NCBI GenBank assembly: GCA_020633435.1
Contig: JACKDP010000002.1
Span: forward strand, 567,788 to 631,787
Reading direction: 5' to 3'
Length of the DNA stretch: 64,000 nucleotides
From: Myxococcales bacterium
Lineage (GTDB): Bacteria; Myxococcota_A; Bradymonadia; UBA7976; UBA1532
Below the pieces are notes generated by a model. It searched no databases and was not told where the DNA came from. It saw nothing but the letters and a program-made list of their open reading frames with translations. Within the stretch, counting starts at the first letter, position 1, and each line of letters starts with the position of its first letter. This document shows, piece after piece, positions 8,008-16,780 of the stretch. The position numbers and the translations under genes were made by a program.

Positions 8008-9530
8008 GTCAACTCCTCTGGGTCGTCCGGGTGGTCGATGTCGAGCGACTTCTCCGCGGCCGCGAGGCGGCGGCCGAAGTTCCGGGTGCTCTTGGGGTCC
8101 ATGCCGACCAGGCGGCCGGCTCTGGCCTGGACGCCACCGGCCTCGCGACGCGCCGCTCGGAGCGTAGCGACCTCGATGCGCTTGAGCTCGCGGTCGAGGT
8201 CACAGGGCAGACGCAGCGCCCGGGCAGCGGGGGGCAGGCGGTTCGTCGCGAGGGCGGCTCGGATGGCGTCGGCGCCGAGCTCATCGCCGAGGGAGGGGGC
8301 GTCGATGAGAGCCCGGACGAGGATGAGGCGCAGCTCGCGGACGTTGCCGGGCCAGTCGTGCTCCCGCAGGGCGGCGACGCCATCGGCGGTGACCCGGATG
8401 TCGCCGCGTCCGATGCGCCGCAGGAGCGCTGGGCAGAGCTGCGGCAGATCGTCCAGGGTCTGCCGCAGCGGGGGCAGGCGGATGATGCCCGCGGACACGC
8501 GGTAGAAGAGGTCCGTCCGCATGGCGCTCAGGCCGTCGCGATCCTGCGTGCGGCGCGGATCGCCAAGCGCGGAGACCACCAGGCGTCCGTGGACGATGAC
8601 AGGCGGCCGGGATGAGCCGACCGGCTCGACCAGGATGACCCCCTCTTCGACCCGGTTGAGGGCCCGGAGCAGCTTCCCCTGGACGCTGGGTGCGAGGTTG
8701 AACGCCTCGTCGAGGAAGAAGGTCCCGCCGTCGGCCTCGCGGATGCGGCCCGACCGATCGGTGTCCGCGCCGGTGAAGGCGCCCTTGCTGTGGCCGAACA
8801 ACAAGCTGTCGGCCAGCTCGGGCGGCAGCTGGGCGGCGTTCTGGGCCATGAACCGCCCTCGGCGGCCAGACTGCTCGTGCAGCATCGTCGCGACGACCTC
8901 CTTGCCCGTCCCCGTCTCGCCGATGATCAGCACCGGGAAGGGCTGGTCGGCGTACCGCGCGACCTTCTCGCGGACCTTCTCGAGCGCAGGGCTGGCGCCG
9001 ACGAGGTCGGTCTTCGCCGCCGGCGGGGGCGCCTGGAAGAGGTCGCGGCGTGTCTCCCAGCGCAGCGTGGGCCCGAGTCGCCGCTCTCCGAGCCAGAGGT
9101 CGGTCCTCGCGTGGGTGGTCACCGCTTCGGTTGCCGCGGCGACGAGGGCCGGATCGAGGTCCGCCGGCAGGTGCACGTCGAGGGCAGGCCCCTGCTTGAG
9201 CGGCATGCGAAGGCCGACGTTGGCCAGGTAGTGCGCGAGCTGACGGGCCAGCGCGTCGGCGTCGTCCTCGCCAGCGAGCTCGGTAGGCGCGATGGCCGTC
9301 AGGCCGTCCTCCGCGATGCCCGACAGTCCGAGGCTGCGCTGCATTTCGGCCAGGCGCGCACTGCGGGCGTGGTCCCGCACCTCCGGCTTGCGGGGGGCCG
9401 CCTCCCCGATGAGGAGCACCCAGCAGGGCGGGTGCTGGGCGAAGTGCCGGGCGGTGTCGATGTCCTTGGGGTGGTTGTGGGTCCGGTGCTGGGGGTCCGG
9501 CCGTACGAGGACGAGGTGAACGGTCTTCAC
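8004..9530 (-). CDS. sigma-54-dependent transcriptional activator (bEBP) with an uncharacterised ~230-aa N-terminal domain
   Basis: AAA+ sigma-54 interaction domain (VLIIGETGTGKEVVA, GAFTGA, FFLDE, ELFYRV, GNVREL) and a C-terminal Fis-type HTH. The start is a GTG at 9530 with AGGAG directly upstream. The track ORF extends to 9755 but that part is low-complexity read-through. The N-terminal region (VHLVLVRPDPQHRTHNHPKDIDTARHFAQHPPCWVLLIGE...) has no REC/GAF/PAS signature I recognise. Confidence 0.8.
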   Translation of the reverse strand: MKTVHLVLVRPDPQHRTHNHPKDIDTARHFAQHPPCWVLLIGEAAPRKPEVRDHARSARLAEMQRSLGLSGIAEDGLTAIAPTELAGEDDADALARQLAHYLANVGLRMPLKQGPALDVHLPADLDPALVAAATEAVTTHARTDLWLGERRLGPTLRWETRRDLFQAPPPAAKTDLVGASPALEKVREKVARYADQPFPVLIIGETGTGKEVVATMLHEQSGRRGRFMAQNAAQLPPELADSLLFGHSKGAFTGADTDRSGRIREADGGTFFLDEAFNLAPSVQGKLLRALNRVEEGVILVEPVGSSRPPVIVHGRLVVSALGDPRRTQDRDGLSAMRTDLFYRVSAGIIRLPPLRQTLDDLPQLCPALLRRIGRGDIRVTADGVAALREHDWPGNVRELRLILVRALIDAPSLGDELGADAIRAALATNRLPPAARALRLPCDLDRELKRIEVATLRAARREAGGVQARAGRLVGMDPKSTRNFGRRLAAAEKSLDIDHPDDPEELT

Positions 9531-10555
9531 GGGATCTCCTCCAGAGGCAGGACCGAGTAGATCTTCGCGTGGCGAGCCGGATCGGTGAGGTCGGTGCGGG
9601 CGAGCAGGCGGCCGGAGCCGCGGTCCAGGAGCAGGACGCTGGTCTCGCTGCCCTCGGGGGGTCGGTCCGCCCAGCGATGCCGGGGCAGGCGGCCCGACCG
9701 CACCTCCGTCAGGCCGACGGCGAGGTGGGCGTCGCTGACGGCCAGGCCACGGCACCAGCCGTGGTGGCCGGTTGCGAACGCGTGGTGGCGCAGGCGCTCC
9801 TGGAGTGTCGAGGCGTCGAGCTCGATGACCGAGCCGTCGATGGCGGTGAGCCAGACGGTGTCGGCCTCGGCGAAGCCGTCGTGCAGGAAGTGCCCCGAGA
9901 AGCGCGCCGCGACCGTGAAGTCGTGCAGGTCACGCAGTGTGCCGTCGGCGAAGCACGTGGCGAGCAGACGGTCGCGGACCCGGGCTACGTGGTTGACGTG
10001 GAGGTAGTCCGGGACCTTGAGCTGGTGGAACGGGGCCGACCGCCGGTCGGCGCTGTAGTAGCCAGGCTCGGTAGATCCCAGGGGCCAGGGCGGGGGCGTG
10101 GTGCCAGTCCAGCCGGGCTGGACCGGCGGCGCGTCCGTCGGGAAGTCCTCGCCGCCCAGGCGGCGAGCGTTGGCCCACGCGGGGAGGAGCCCGTGGCTGC
10201 CATGAAAGCGTCCGTCGAGGCCCAGGACGTCGACGGCCCCGAGCCCGGTGTTGGCCACGAAGAGCCGGTCGCCGAGCACGGCGACGTGGTGCAGATCGTT
10301 CATGCAGGGCTGGTGGAGCACGCCGGTCACCTCAGCGCGGCGGGGGTCGATGCGGACGACCGCTGCGTGCGCGGCGACATAGAGGAGGCCATCGCGGCCC
10401 AGGCTGCCGCCGGCGAAGCCCTTCGTCGGCACGCGCAGGTGGGGCGGCGGCGCCCAGCGCACGACGATCTCGGCCCGCTCGGCAGCCAGATCGACGAGCC
10501 AGACGACGCCCTCACCTCCGTCATCGAAGTACCCTCCGGTCACGAGGGCCTTCAT
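9527..10555 (-). CDS. conserved hypothetical protein (342 aa; no domain confidently recognised, possibly beta-propeller-like)
   Basis: Globular composition with His/Trp/Asp-rich motifs (MNDLHHVAVLGDRLFVANTG, YLHVNHVARVRDRLLATCFADG). The start overlaps the upstream stop by 4 nt and the stop overlaps the bEBP start by 4 nt. Confidence 0.5.
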   Translation of the reverse strand: MKALVTGGYFDDGGEGVVWLVDLAAERAEIVVRWAPPPHLRVPTKGFAGGSLGRDGLLYVAAHAAVVRIDPRRAEVTGVLHQPCMNDLHHVAVLGDRLFVANTGLGAVDVLGLDGRFHGSHGLLPAWANARRLGGEDFPTDAPPVQPGWTGTTPPPWPLGSTEPGYYSADRRSAPFHQLKVPDYLHVNHVARVRDRLLATCFADGTLRDLHDFTVAARFSGHFLHDGFAEADTVWLTAIDGSVIELDASTLQERLRHHAFATGHHGWCRGLAVSDAHLAVGLTEVRSGRLPRHRWADRPPEGSETSVLLLDRGSGRLLARTDLTDPARHAKIYSVLPLEEIP

Positions 10556-12849
10556 GACGGGCTCCGCCAGGCGCGGACGGCCTCCGGCAGCCGGGCCAGG
10601 AAGGCGCCCAGCTCACGCGGATCGCCGGGCAACGGCTCGCTGGCGCTGGCGAGCTCTTCGAGGGCGTCGAGGACGGCGCCCGCGCTGGTGATGGCCCCCT
10701 CGACCTCTGGGTCGCCCCAGGCCATCAGCTCACCGAGGGCCGACCGCAGCCGCGCGAGCTGGACGCGCAGGCCGCGCCGTTGGGCGATGACCCGAGCCTC
10801 CCTCGCCGGGAGCTCGTCGTCCAGCGACCTCGCCTCGGCGACGGCGCGGGCCAGCGCGACACCCCGCACCTGCGACGCGGTCTGGCGCGCCGCGTCGGCG
10901 ATGGCCGTGCGGAAGGGCCAGCCGGTTTGCTGCTCTCGGTTGTGGTGCAGCGGCAGTGTCGCTTCGACGACGGCGCTCGGCTCGTCGGCCCGCGCGAGGG
11001 CGGCCCAGACGGTGTCGGCGCGCCGGGTCGTGACCCCGTCGGCCGTGGCCAGGACGGGGGTCGGCCACCGGAACAGGGCGTCCAGATCCAGAAAGACGGT
11101 GTTGCCGCCTCGCCGCAGGGAGGGCCGAGGGGTCGACTCCGCCCCGTCCCAGACGAGCTGGCGGGTCAGCTGCTGCCCGTCGAGCAGTCGGGCCAGGTCG
11201 GCGATCAGCCCGAGCGCGACGGTCCGGACGGGTTCGCCGGCGCGATGGGGCGCGTAAGGCCAGACGTCGCCAGCCTCGGGCGCAATGGCCTCGGTGAGGT
11301 CATAGTAGGCGTCGAACATCGCCGACCGCTGGTCAGGCGGCAGCCAGCCAGCGTCGGGCCCCAGCTGCCGCATGCGCGCGATGTTGGCGGCGAGGTCGCC
11401 GAGTTGCCCGCCCAGGCAGTCGAGCCCGGGGACGGGCGGGTCGCCGGTGTACGTCCCCAGGATCACGCTGTGCTGAGGGAGCTCTGCCCAGAAGCGCGCC
11501 ACCCGGAAGAGCAGGTTGGTCTGCCGGCCGACCCGGCCCGCGGCGTCGCGCTGCTCGAAGGCCATGTCATCGTCGACCATCCAGACGACGATCGGGCGCT
11601 CCGCCGGATGGGGCAGGCCGGGGACGGGCTTTGCCAGATGGGCGCGGAGGGCCGCGACCTGGGCCTCGCGGGCGACGCCGATGGGGACGGGCAGGCGATC
11701 CCCGACGGGGGGGATGACGCCGTTCTCAGCCGCGCGGTCGAGGGCCGGGCGGAGGACGTCGAGCGGCACGCGGTGGACGACCACCGATCCGGCGGCCCCC
11801 ACCTGGACGTCGTCGGCCTGGGTCGCCGGCGCGTGGTTCTCGACGATCAACACCCCGACGTGGCCCGGATAGCGGGACGCGCTCACCTCCCGCGCGAGGG
11901 ACGCGAGGAGTCGCTGCACGGACGCCACCCGCCCGACCGTGGCCAGCGACACGAGCACGTCCGGCACCTCGTCGCGGCCAGGCGGCGCGACGCCCATGCT
12001 CTCGCTGACCTGCCCCCGGCCGAGCGCGAACCAGCGCCGCTCAAGCAGGAGCTCGGGCCGGTGCCGATGGAGGGCGTCCAGGGCGCGGCCGACCAGATCC
12101 GCCGGGAGGTTGAACTGTGTCGAGAGGAGCGCTTGAAGCCCCTCGCGACCCCCGACCCGGCGCGTCGTCCGCCCGACCCGGGTGTCGCGGGTGTAGACCG
12201 CGTCCCGCAGGGTGAGCACCGCGTCAGCGTGGATGCGCACAGCACGCAGACTCGCGAGGAACGGCCCGAAGCCAGGCTCCGAGTAGTGCGCGCGCACCAT
12301 GGGAGCGAAGTCCGCATAGGCGCAGAGACCGGGCTCGACGACATAGACGGTCTTCAGCGCTCCGTCGGGCAGGCGGCGGGTGAGCGTGGGGCCCGCCGGC
12401 GCCTGGGGATCGAAGGAGAAGTCCCAGCCCCGAAACGACTGGGTCTGTGCGGGACCGTCGAGGCGCCATGGGCGCAGGTAGGGGTGGCCGTTGCCGACGT
12501 CGCAGAGGAACCGATCGGCGCCCACCCGGGCGACGCAGACGAAGTGGTCGCCCGGCGCCCGGACGGTCGCCGCCGCGAGGTGGGCCTCGAACCCGAGGGC
12601 CTGGAGGAGCGCTGTGAACGGCGGCGTCGTGCGATCGCAGTTGCCGCCAACCCCAGCGATGGCCGCGTCGATGACCGTCGGGAGGGAGGGAAGCTCCCAG
12701 GGCTGGCCGTCGTTGGCCACCAGCAGCAGGTTGTGGAACGGCACGGCCATCAGGTGGGCCGCCTGCAAGCGCGCCAGGCCTGCCGCGTCAACGCTGACGT
12801 CGGGCCGGCCGAGCCGGGCCAGGTAGGCGTCGAGCCGCGCCGCGTTCAC
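10552..12849 (-). CDS. fusion protein: N-terminal arylamine N-acetyltransferase (NAT)-like domain + ~490-aa C-terminal domain with possible GT-A-like (DxD) features
   Basis: The GTG start at 12849 overlaps the M20 gene stop (GTGA). The N-terminus VNAARLDAYLARLGRPD...LARLQAAHLMAVPFHNLLL...GVGGNCDRTTPPFTALLQALGF resembles NAT-family N-termini (VPFENL, RGGYC-type Cys region). The C-terminal domain has GVLIVENH and VWMVDDDMAF motifs. The track ORF 10552..14220 upstream of 12849 is Arg-rich read-through antisense to nothing real. Confidence 0.55.
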   Translation of the reverse strand: MNAARLDAYLARLGRPDVSVDAAGLARLQAAHLMAVPFHNLLLVANDGQPWELPSLPTVIDAAIAGVGGNCDRTTPPFTALLQALGFEAHLAAATVRAPGDHFVCVARVGADRFLCDVGNGHPYLRPWRLDGPAQTQSFRGWDFSFDPQAPAGPTLTRRLPDGALKTVYVVEPGLCAYADFAPMVRAHYSEPGFGPFLASLRAVRIHADAVLTLRDAVYTRDTRVGRTTRRVGGREGLQALLSTQFNLPADLVGRALDALHRHRPELLLERRWFALGRGQVSESMGVAPPGRDEVPDVLVSLATVGRVASVQRLLASLAREVSASRYPGHVGVLIVENHAPATQADDVQVGAAGSVVVHRVPLDVLRPALDRAAENGVIPPVGDRLPVPIGVAREAQVAALRAHLAKPVPGLPHPAERPIVVWMVDDDMAFEQRDAAGRVGRQTNLLFRVARFWAELPQHSVILGTYTGDPPVPGLDCLGGQLGDLAANIARMRQLGPDAGWLPPDQRSAMFDAYYDLTEAIAPEAGDVWPYAPHRAGEPVRTVALGLIADLARLLDGQQLTRQLVWDGAESTPRPSLRRGGNTVFLDLDALFRWPTPVLATADGVTTRRADTVWAALARADEPSAVVEATLPLHHNREQQTGWPFRTAIADAARQTASQVRGVALARAVAEARSLDDELPAREARVIAQRRGLRVQLARLRSALGELMAWGDPEVEGAITSAGAVLDALEELASASEPLPGDPRELGAFLARLPEAVRAWRSPS

Positions 12850-14153
12850 GAGGCCCTCTCGGCGATGGCCCCGGTCCACCGGAAGATGACGTCCAGCTCC
12901 GCGACGTGCAGCGGGAACGTCCAGGCAGGCAGCGACTCGTTCAAGCCGTGGATGCGGGCGCCCGAGTCGTTCACGCCGAGGGCCAGGTAGCGGGCGCCCG
13001 CCGGCAGGCTCCGGTTGAACGGGCAACCGCCAGCGACGACGCTCTTGTTGAGGCCTCGGCACTCGTGGCGGGCCGCCACTCCCCAGCGGGACGCAAGGCC
13101 GCCGAGGGCCTTGAGGAGCTGGAGCATGGCCCCATCCGGTGGTTCGCTGGCGTCGCCGGGGCGCACGGTGCGCGCAAGCAGCCGCAGCGTGCCGTCCTCG
13201 TGGTCGTGGTAGCCCGTCTCGTCGAGCCAGAGCGTCGGCCGAAGGTCCTCCATCACGGCGGGCAGGAGGGCGTGCGCGACGGCCGATCCGGTCTCCTCCT
13301 CGCCCTGGATCAGCCACGTCAGCGCGGGCGTGCGCTCGAGCGTCGCGAGGCCCGCCAGGCGGCACGCCAGGGGGCCCTTGTTGTCCGCCACCCCCCGAGC
13401 GAAGAGGCGGCCATTGGCCTCGGTGAGCTTCCGGGGTGGGTGCACCCACTTCTGCTCCCGGCCGAACGGCGTCACGTCGTAGTGGCCGTACAGCACGACA
13501 TGCCCGGCCAGGCCCCGGGCCTCCCGGCGGGCGACGATGAGCGGGCGCCCGCGGTCCGCGCCCGTGACCTCGACCGCGAAGCCGAGGTCGTCGAGCCGGG
13601 CCGAGAGCCAGGCGACGCAGGCGTCGTGGTCGGAGCCCGCGGGGCTGGTGTCGAAGGCCGTCAGCGCGCGCAGCGCCGTCAGGGCGGCATCGGCGGGGGC
13701 GCTGTCTGCGGTCGGCACGGCCTCGTCGCCAAGGGACGTGCCGAAGCGCTCGGCCACAGCGCGGCCGAGATCGGCGCAGACCAGGTCCCAGAGCCCCTTG
13801 TTGCTCGACCCGTAGATGTCTCGCCCCATGTGGGCGCGGTGGGCCCGGCCGCTGATGACCGCCGCCCGGAACGCCGCAGCCACGGCCGCATGGTCCAGGG
13901 CCGGGAGGGCGACGGCGGCGCGCCCTGCGTCGATCATCCCGCGGACCGCGGGTCGCCGGTACACGGCCGCCAGGCTCTCCAGCGAGAGTCGATGCAGGCG
14001 CCCAGCCTCCTGCTCCTCGGGCTCCAGTCCCGTCCACCAGGCGAGGGTGCCGCCGGCTTCGATGGGGGTCGAGAGGGCGTGGGTGACCGCCAGCGCGCGG
14101 TGCAGCCCCTGCTTGAGGTGCGTCGAGCTCGCGTACATCTGGATGCGGTTCAC
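12846..14153 (-). CDS. M20 family metallopeptidase/amidohydrolase (ArgE/DapE-like)
   Basis: VVLYGHYDVTPFG and GVADNKGPLA motifs (M20 His/Asp metal ligands). GTG start at 14153 with GGAGG 7 nt upstream. The track ORF to 14564 includes low-complexity read-through. Confidence 0.7.
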   Translation of the reverse strand: MNRIQMYASSTHLKQGLHRALAVTHALSTPIEAGGTLAWWTGLEPEEQEAGRLHRLSLESLAAVYRRPAVRGMIDAGRAAVALPALDHAAVAAAFRAAVISGRAHRAHMGRDIYGSSNKGLWDLVCADLGRAVAERFGTSLGDEAVPTADSAPADAALTALRALTAFDTSPAGSDHDACVAWLSARLDDLGFAVEVTGADRGRPLIVARREARGLAGHVVLYGHYDVTPFGREQKWVHPPRKLTEANGRLFARGVADNKGPLACRLAGLATLERTPALTWLIQGEEETGSAVAHALLPAVMEDLRPTLWLDETGYHDHEDGTLRLLARTVRPGDASEPPDGAMLQLLKALGGLASRWGVAARHECRGLNKSVVAGGCPFNRSLPAGARYLALGVNDSGARIHGLNESLPAWTFPLHVAELDVIFRWTGAIAERAS

Positions 14154-14949
14154 GCCGCACCTCCCCGGAGCGTGGCGAGATGCGCGGCCGACAGACCCGG
14201 ACCCAGCGTCGGGAACACATCTTCGTTGAACGTGGCGCCGGCCGGCACCGAGACTCGCCCCGCCATGGGGTGCCACGCCGCCCGGGTCGGGTCGTAGGTG
14301 CAGGTCGCGTCCAGGTAGATGGTGATGTAGGCCCGGCGCCAGCCCGCGGTCGAGTTCGGTGGGCTCGTGTGCCAGGACAGGCAGTGATGGAAGACCGCTG
14401 ACCCCGCTGGGACGGCCACGGGCACGGCGTCGCGCTCCCGCTCGCCCCACACCTTGGCTTCGTTCAGGAAGTCGATGGATCGCGTGACCGGCTCCCGGTG
14501 GCCACCCGGCATGAACCGCATGGCCCCCGACTCGGCGGTCACATCGTCGAGCGCCAGCCAGCACGACACCGCCCGGGGCTCAGCGACGGGCCAGTTGGGC
14601 AGGTCTCGGTGCCACGGCACGGTGCTGCCGCCGTGCGGGGGCTTCACGATCAGGTGGTCGTGGAAGACGCGCACCCGCTGGCACCCGATGAGCTCCGCGG
14701 CGATGGCGGCGGCCCGCTGGTGGTAGAGCTGCTCCCGGAACACGGGGTTGTGCTCCCACACATTCGTCCACTGGGAGACCACCGCGAGGTAGTCGTCGAG
14801 CGGCGTGTCGATCTCGGCCGCCCAGGCCGCCGCCTGGGCCTCGAAGGCCTGCCGGAGCCGCGCGACGTCGGCGGGCGGCAGGATGGGGCCGATGACCACA
14901 TGGCCCTGCTCCTCGAACAGGGCGTGCTGCTGCGGGGTGACCTCAGGCA
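14150..14949 (-). CDS. phytanoyl-CoA dioxygenase (PhyH) family Fe(II)/2-oxoglutarate oxygenase
   Basis: The ATG at 14949 gives MPEVTPQQHALFEEQGHVVIGPILPPADVARL (typical PhyH N-terminus). WHRDLP...HHCLSWHTSPPN matches a HxD...H facial triad context. Confidence 0.7.
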
Positions 14950-15719
14950 TGGGGATGCTCCGTGATGGGCGCGCCGTCGGCGACGACCCGGCAAAGGGGG
15001 TGGTTCGGCGCGTTGGCGTGGCACCAGCGCACCTGAGGCGACAGGAAGATGCACGACCAGGCGGCCCGCTCACCGGGACGGACCATGGCAGGCGAGGCGT
15101 GGAACGTCGTGGGCGTGAACGCCACGGCGTCCCCGGCCGCGTAGGTCGGCGCGAACGTGGGCCAGGCCGTCGGGTCGAAGGCGAGATCGGCGCCCGCCTG
15201 CTGGGGGCGGCCATTGTGCAGGTCGACCACGGGCCGCGGCCCCAGGCGGTGGCTGCCGGCGGCGAAGCGGAGCGCCCCGGACTCGCCGTCCGAGGGCTGC
15301 AGCGGTACCCAGAGGACCACACCGAGGGGACGATCGACAGGCCAGTAGCCGAAGTCCTGATGCCACGGGAACGCCTTCTGCCCTCGCCGCTTGACCAGGA
15401 GCAGGTCCTGAAACAGCACGCCCGGCTCCCCCAGCAGGCCCTCGGCCAGCGGGCGCACGGCGTCGGCGACGGCGCGCGTCGAGCCAGGGCCCTCGTGCTG
15501 GAATGGGCTGAGCCACTGATCCATGAGGGCCGACAGCGGTGGCCGGTCGGTGGGCGCCGGCTGGTGTGTGTACAGCACCTGGCGGCTCATCGGCCGCTCG
15601 AGCGCGCGGCTCTCGGCCACCGCTGCGCGCAGGGCCTCCAGCATCCCAGCCGGGACGACGCCCGGGAGCAGGGTCACGCCCTGATCGGCGAGGGCGAGCC
15701 TCGCGTGGTCGAGGCTCAC
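14943..15719 (-). CDS. phytanoyl-CoA dioxygenase (PhyH) family protein, second paralog
   Basis: MSLDHARLALADQGVTLLPGVVPAGMLEALR...FPWHQDFGYWP...FHASPAM. The 7-nt overlap with the downstream PhyH gene indicates coupling. Confidence 0.65.
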   Translation of the reverse strand: MSLDHARLALADQGVTLLPGVVPAGMLEALRAAVAESRALERPMSRQVLYTHQPAPTDRPPLSALMDQWLSPFQHEGPGSTRAVADAVRPLAEGLLGEPGVLFQDLLLVKRRGQKAFPWHQDFGYWPVDRPLGVVLWVPLQPSDGESGALRFAAGSHRLGPRPVVDLHNGRPQQAGADLAFDPTAWPTFAPTYAAGDAVAFTPTTFHASPAMVRPGERAAWSCIFLSPQVRWCHANAPNHPLCRVVADGAPITEHPHA

Positions 15720-16014
15720 CGGACACCTCGCGGGCGCCGCGTCCTCCGGACCCGCAGCCGGTGCCGGTTCGGGGAGCGCACGGCCGTCACCACCGTCCCG
15801 TCCTCCGCCACGACGACGGCGACGCCGACCGCGCTGTCCGGGATCGTCGCCCCGAGCGCCCGGGCGGCCTCGGCGTCGCGCCAGCCGAGGTGCCAGGCCA
15901 CGCGGCCGTCCTCCTGGACGATGGGGGTGCCCCAGTTGAGGGCGAGTTCGATATGGTCGTCGGGGATGCTCCGCTGTGCGCAGCGGCGCCTCGCATGGGG
16001 GCTGAAGTCCGTCA
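15716..16014 (-). CDS. DUF4258-like small protein (99 aa), first gene of the operon
   Basis: The ATG at 16014 has GGAGG upstream and gives MTDFSPHARRRCAQRSIPDDHIELALNWGTPIVQEDGRVAWHLG..., resembling the HAxxRmxeRgI... pattern of DUF4258. The track ORF to 16309 is 5' read-through. Confidence 0.5.
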
Positions 16015-16052
16015 TCTGAGCCTCCGAGATGTGGGGACGCGACGATGGAGAG

Positions 16053-16068
16053 AGCAGGCCGTGTGCCA
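16053..16068 (-). promoter_or_regulatory. candidate sigma-54 (-24/-12) promoter TGGCAC-N5-cTGCt upstream of the 10-gene minus-strand operon
   Basis: The reverse complement of 16053..16068 reads TGGCACACGGCCTGCT, with GG and GC at the correct 10-nt spacing. It sits ~38 nt upstream of the operon's first ATG (16014). The operon encodes its own bEBP. A 13-bp palindrome GTGATGCAATCAC also lies in the same intergenic region at ~16118-16130. Confidence 0.4.
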
Positions 16069-16184
16069 GCGATAGAGCCCAGGTGTTACGTTGGCGGCCT
16101 CTCGCCTGTGATGCAATCACCTCTCGCTCCTGAGAATCGGGTCGGCGGGACGGTGAGGTCGGCGCCGGCTGGAGGGACGTCGAG

Positions 16185-16736
16185 ATGAGCGCTGACCGGA
16201 CAAGCAAGACCGACCGGAGCGCCGGGTCGATCCTGATCGTCGCCCTCTCGGGCCTGGGCAAGAGCACGCTGACCCGAGACCGGCCCTCCCGGGTCCTGGA
16301 CGCGGACACCTTTCTCTACACCGCGGTCGCTGAGGGCTTCCCCGACCTGGAGCCCCGGGCTCGCCTGACCGCCTGGCGCGACTTGTGCCGACAGCGGCCC
16401 TGGACCCAGGAGGGCGACGCCCTGGCCCGCTGGGCGGCCATCCGCCGAGGCTGGGTGGAGCCGTTCGTCGACGCGCTGCGCAGAGGCACCCACCCCCTCG
16501 TCGTGACGAGCCTGCTCGACCCGCCGTGGGTCGTCAGCACCTACTACGGCGTCGAGCGCGGTCGCTATCTCGAGCACCTCCGGCTCGCCGGTCGCCTGGC
16601 GGACAACGGCCAGTCCGAGGCGATGAACGACCGCCTCGAGGGCTACAGCCCCCTCGTTCGCCTGGCGCCGGGGACCTTCCTCGCGTCTCGGCCGGAGCTC
16701 CTCGCCGTCATCGATGCGCCCGATCGCCGCCGTTGA
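16185..16736 (+). CDS. P-loop NTPase / small kinase-like protein (AAA_33-like)
   Basis: Walker A ILIVALSGLGKSTL. GGAGGG RBS before the ATG. Divergent from the operon. Confidence 0.55.
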   Translation: MSADRTSKTDRSAGSILIVALSGLGKSTLTRDRPSRVLDADTFLYTAVAEGFPDLEPRARLTAWRDLCRQRPWTQEGDALARWAAIRRGWVEPFVDALRRGTHPLVVTSLLDPPWVVSTYYGVERGRYLEHLRLAGRLADNGQSEAMNDRLEGYSPLVRLAPGTFLASRPELLAVIDAPDRRR

Positions 16737-16780
16737 CGAGGCCCTTTACGTCGGCGCCGCGCTGAACGACCATTCCTCTC

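Noticed and set aside
14150-15322. 5' extensions of the track ORFs 14150..15322, 12846..14564, 10552..14220 and 8004..9755
   Set aside because: In each case the conserved domain begins at an internal ATG/GTG with a good RBS that overlaps the upstream stop. The extra N-terminal sequence is Arg/Pro/Ser-rich and overlaps the real upstream gene in another frame.
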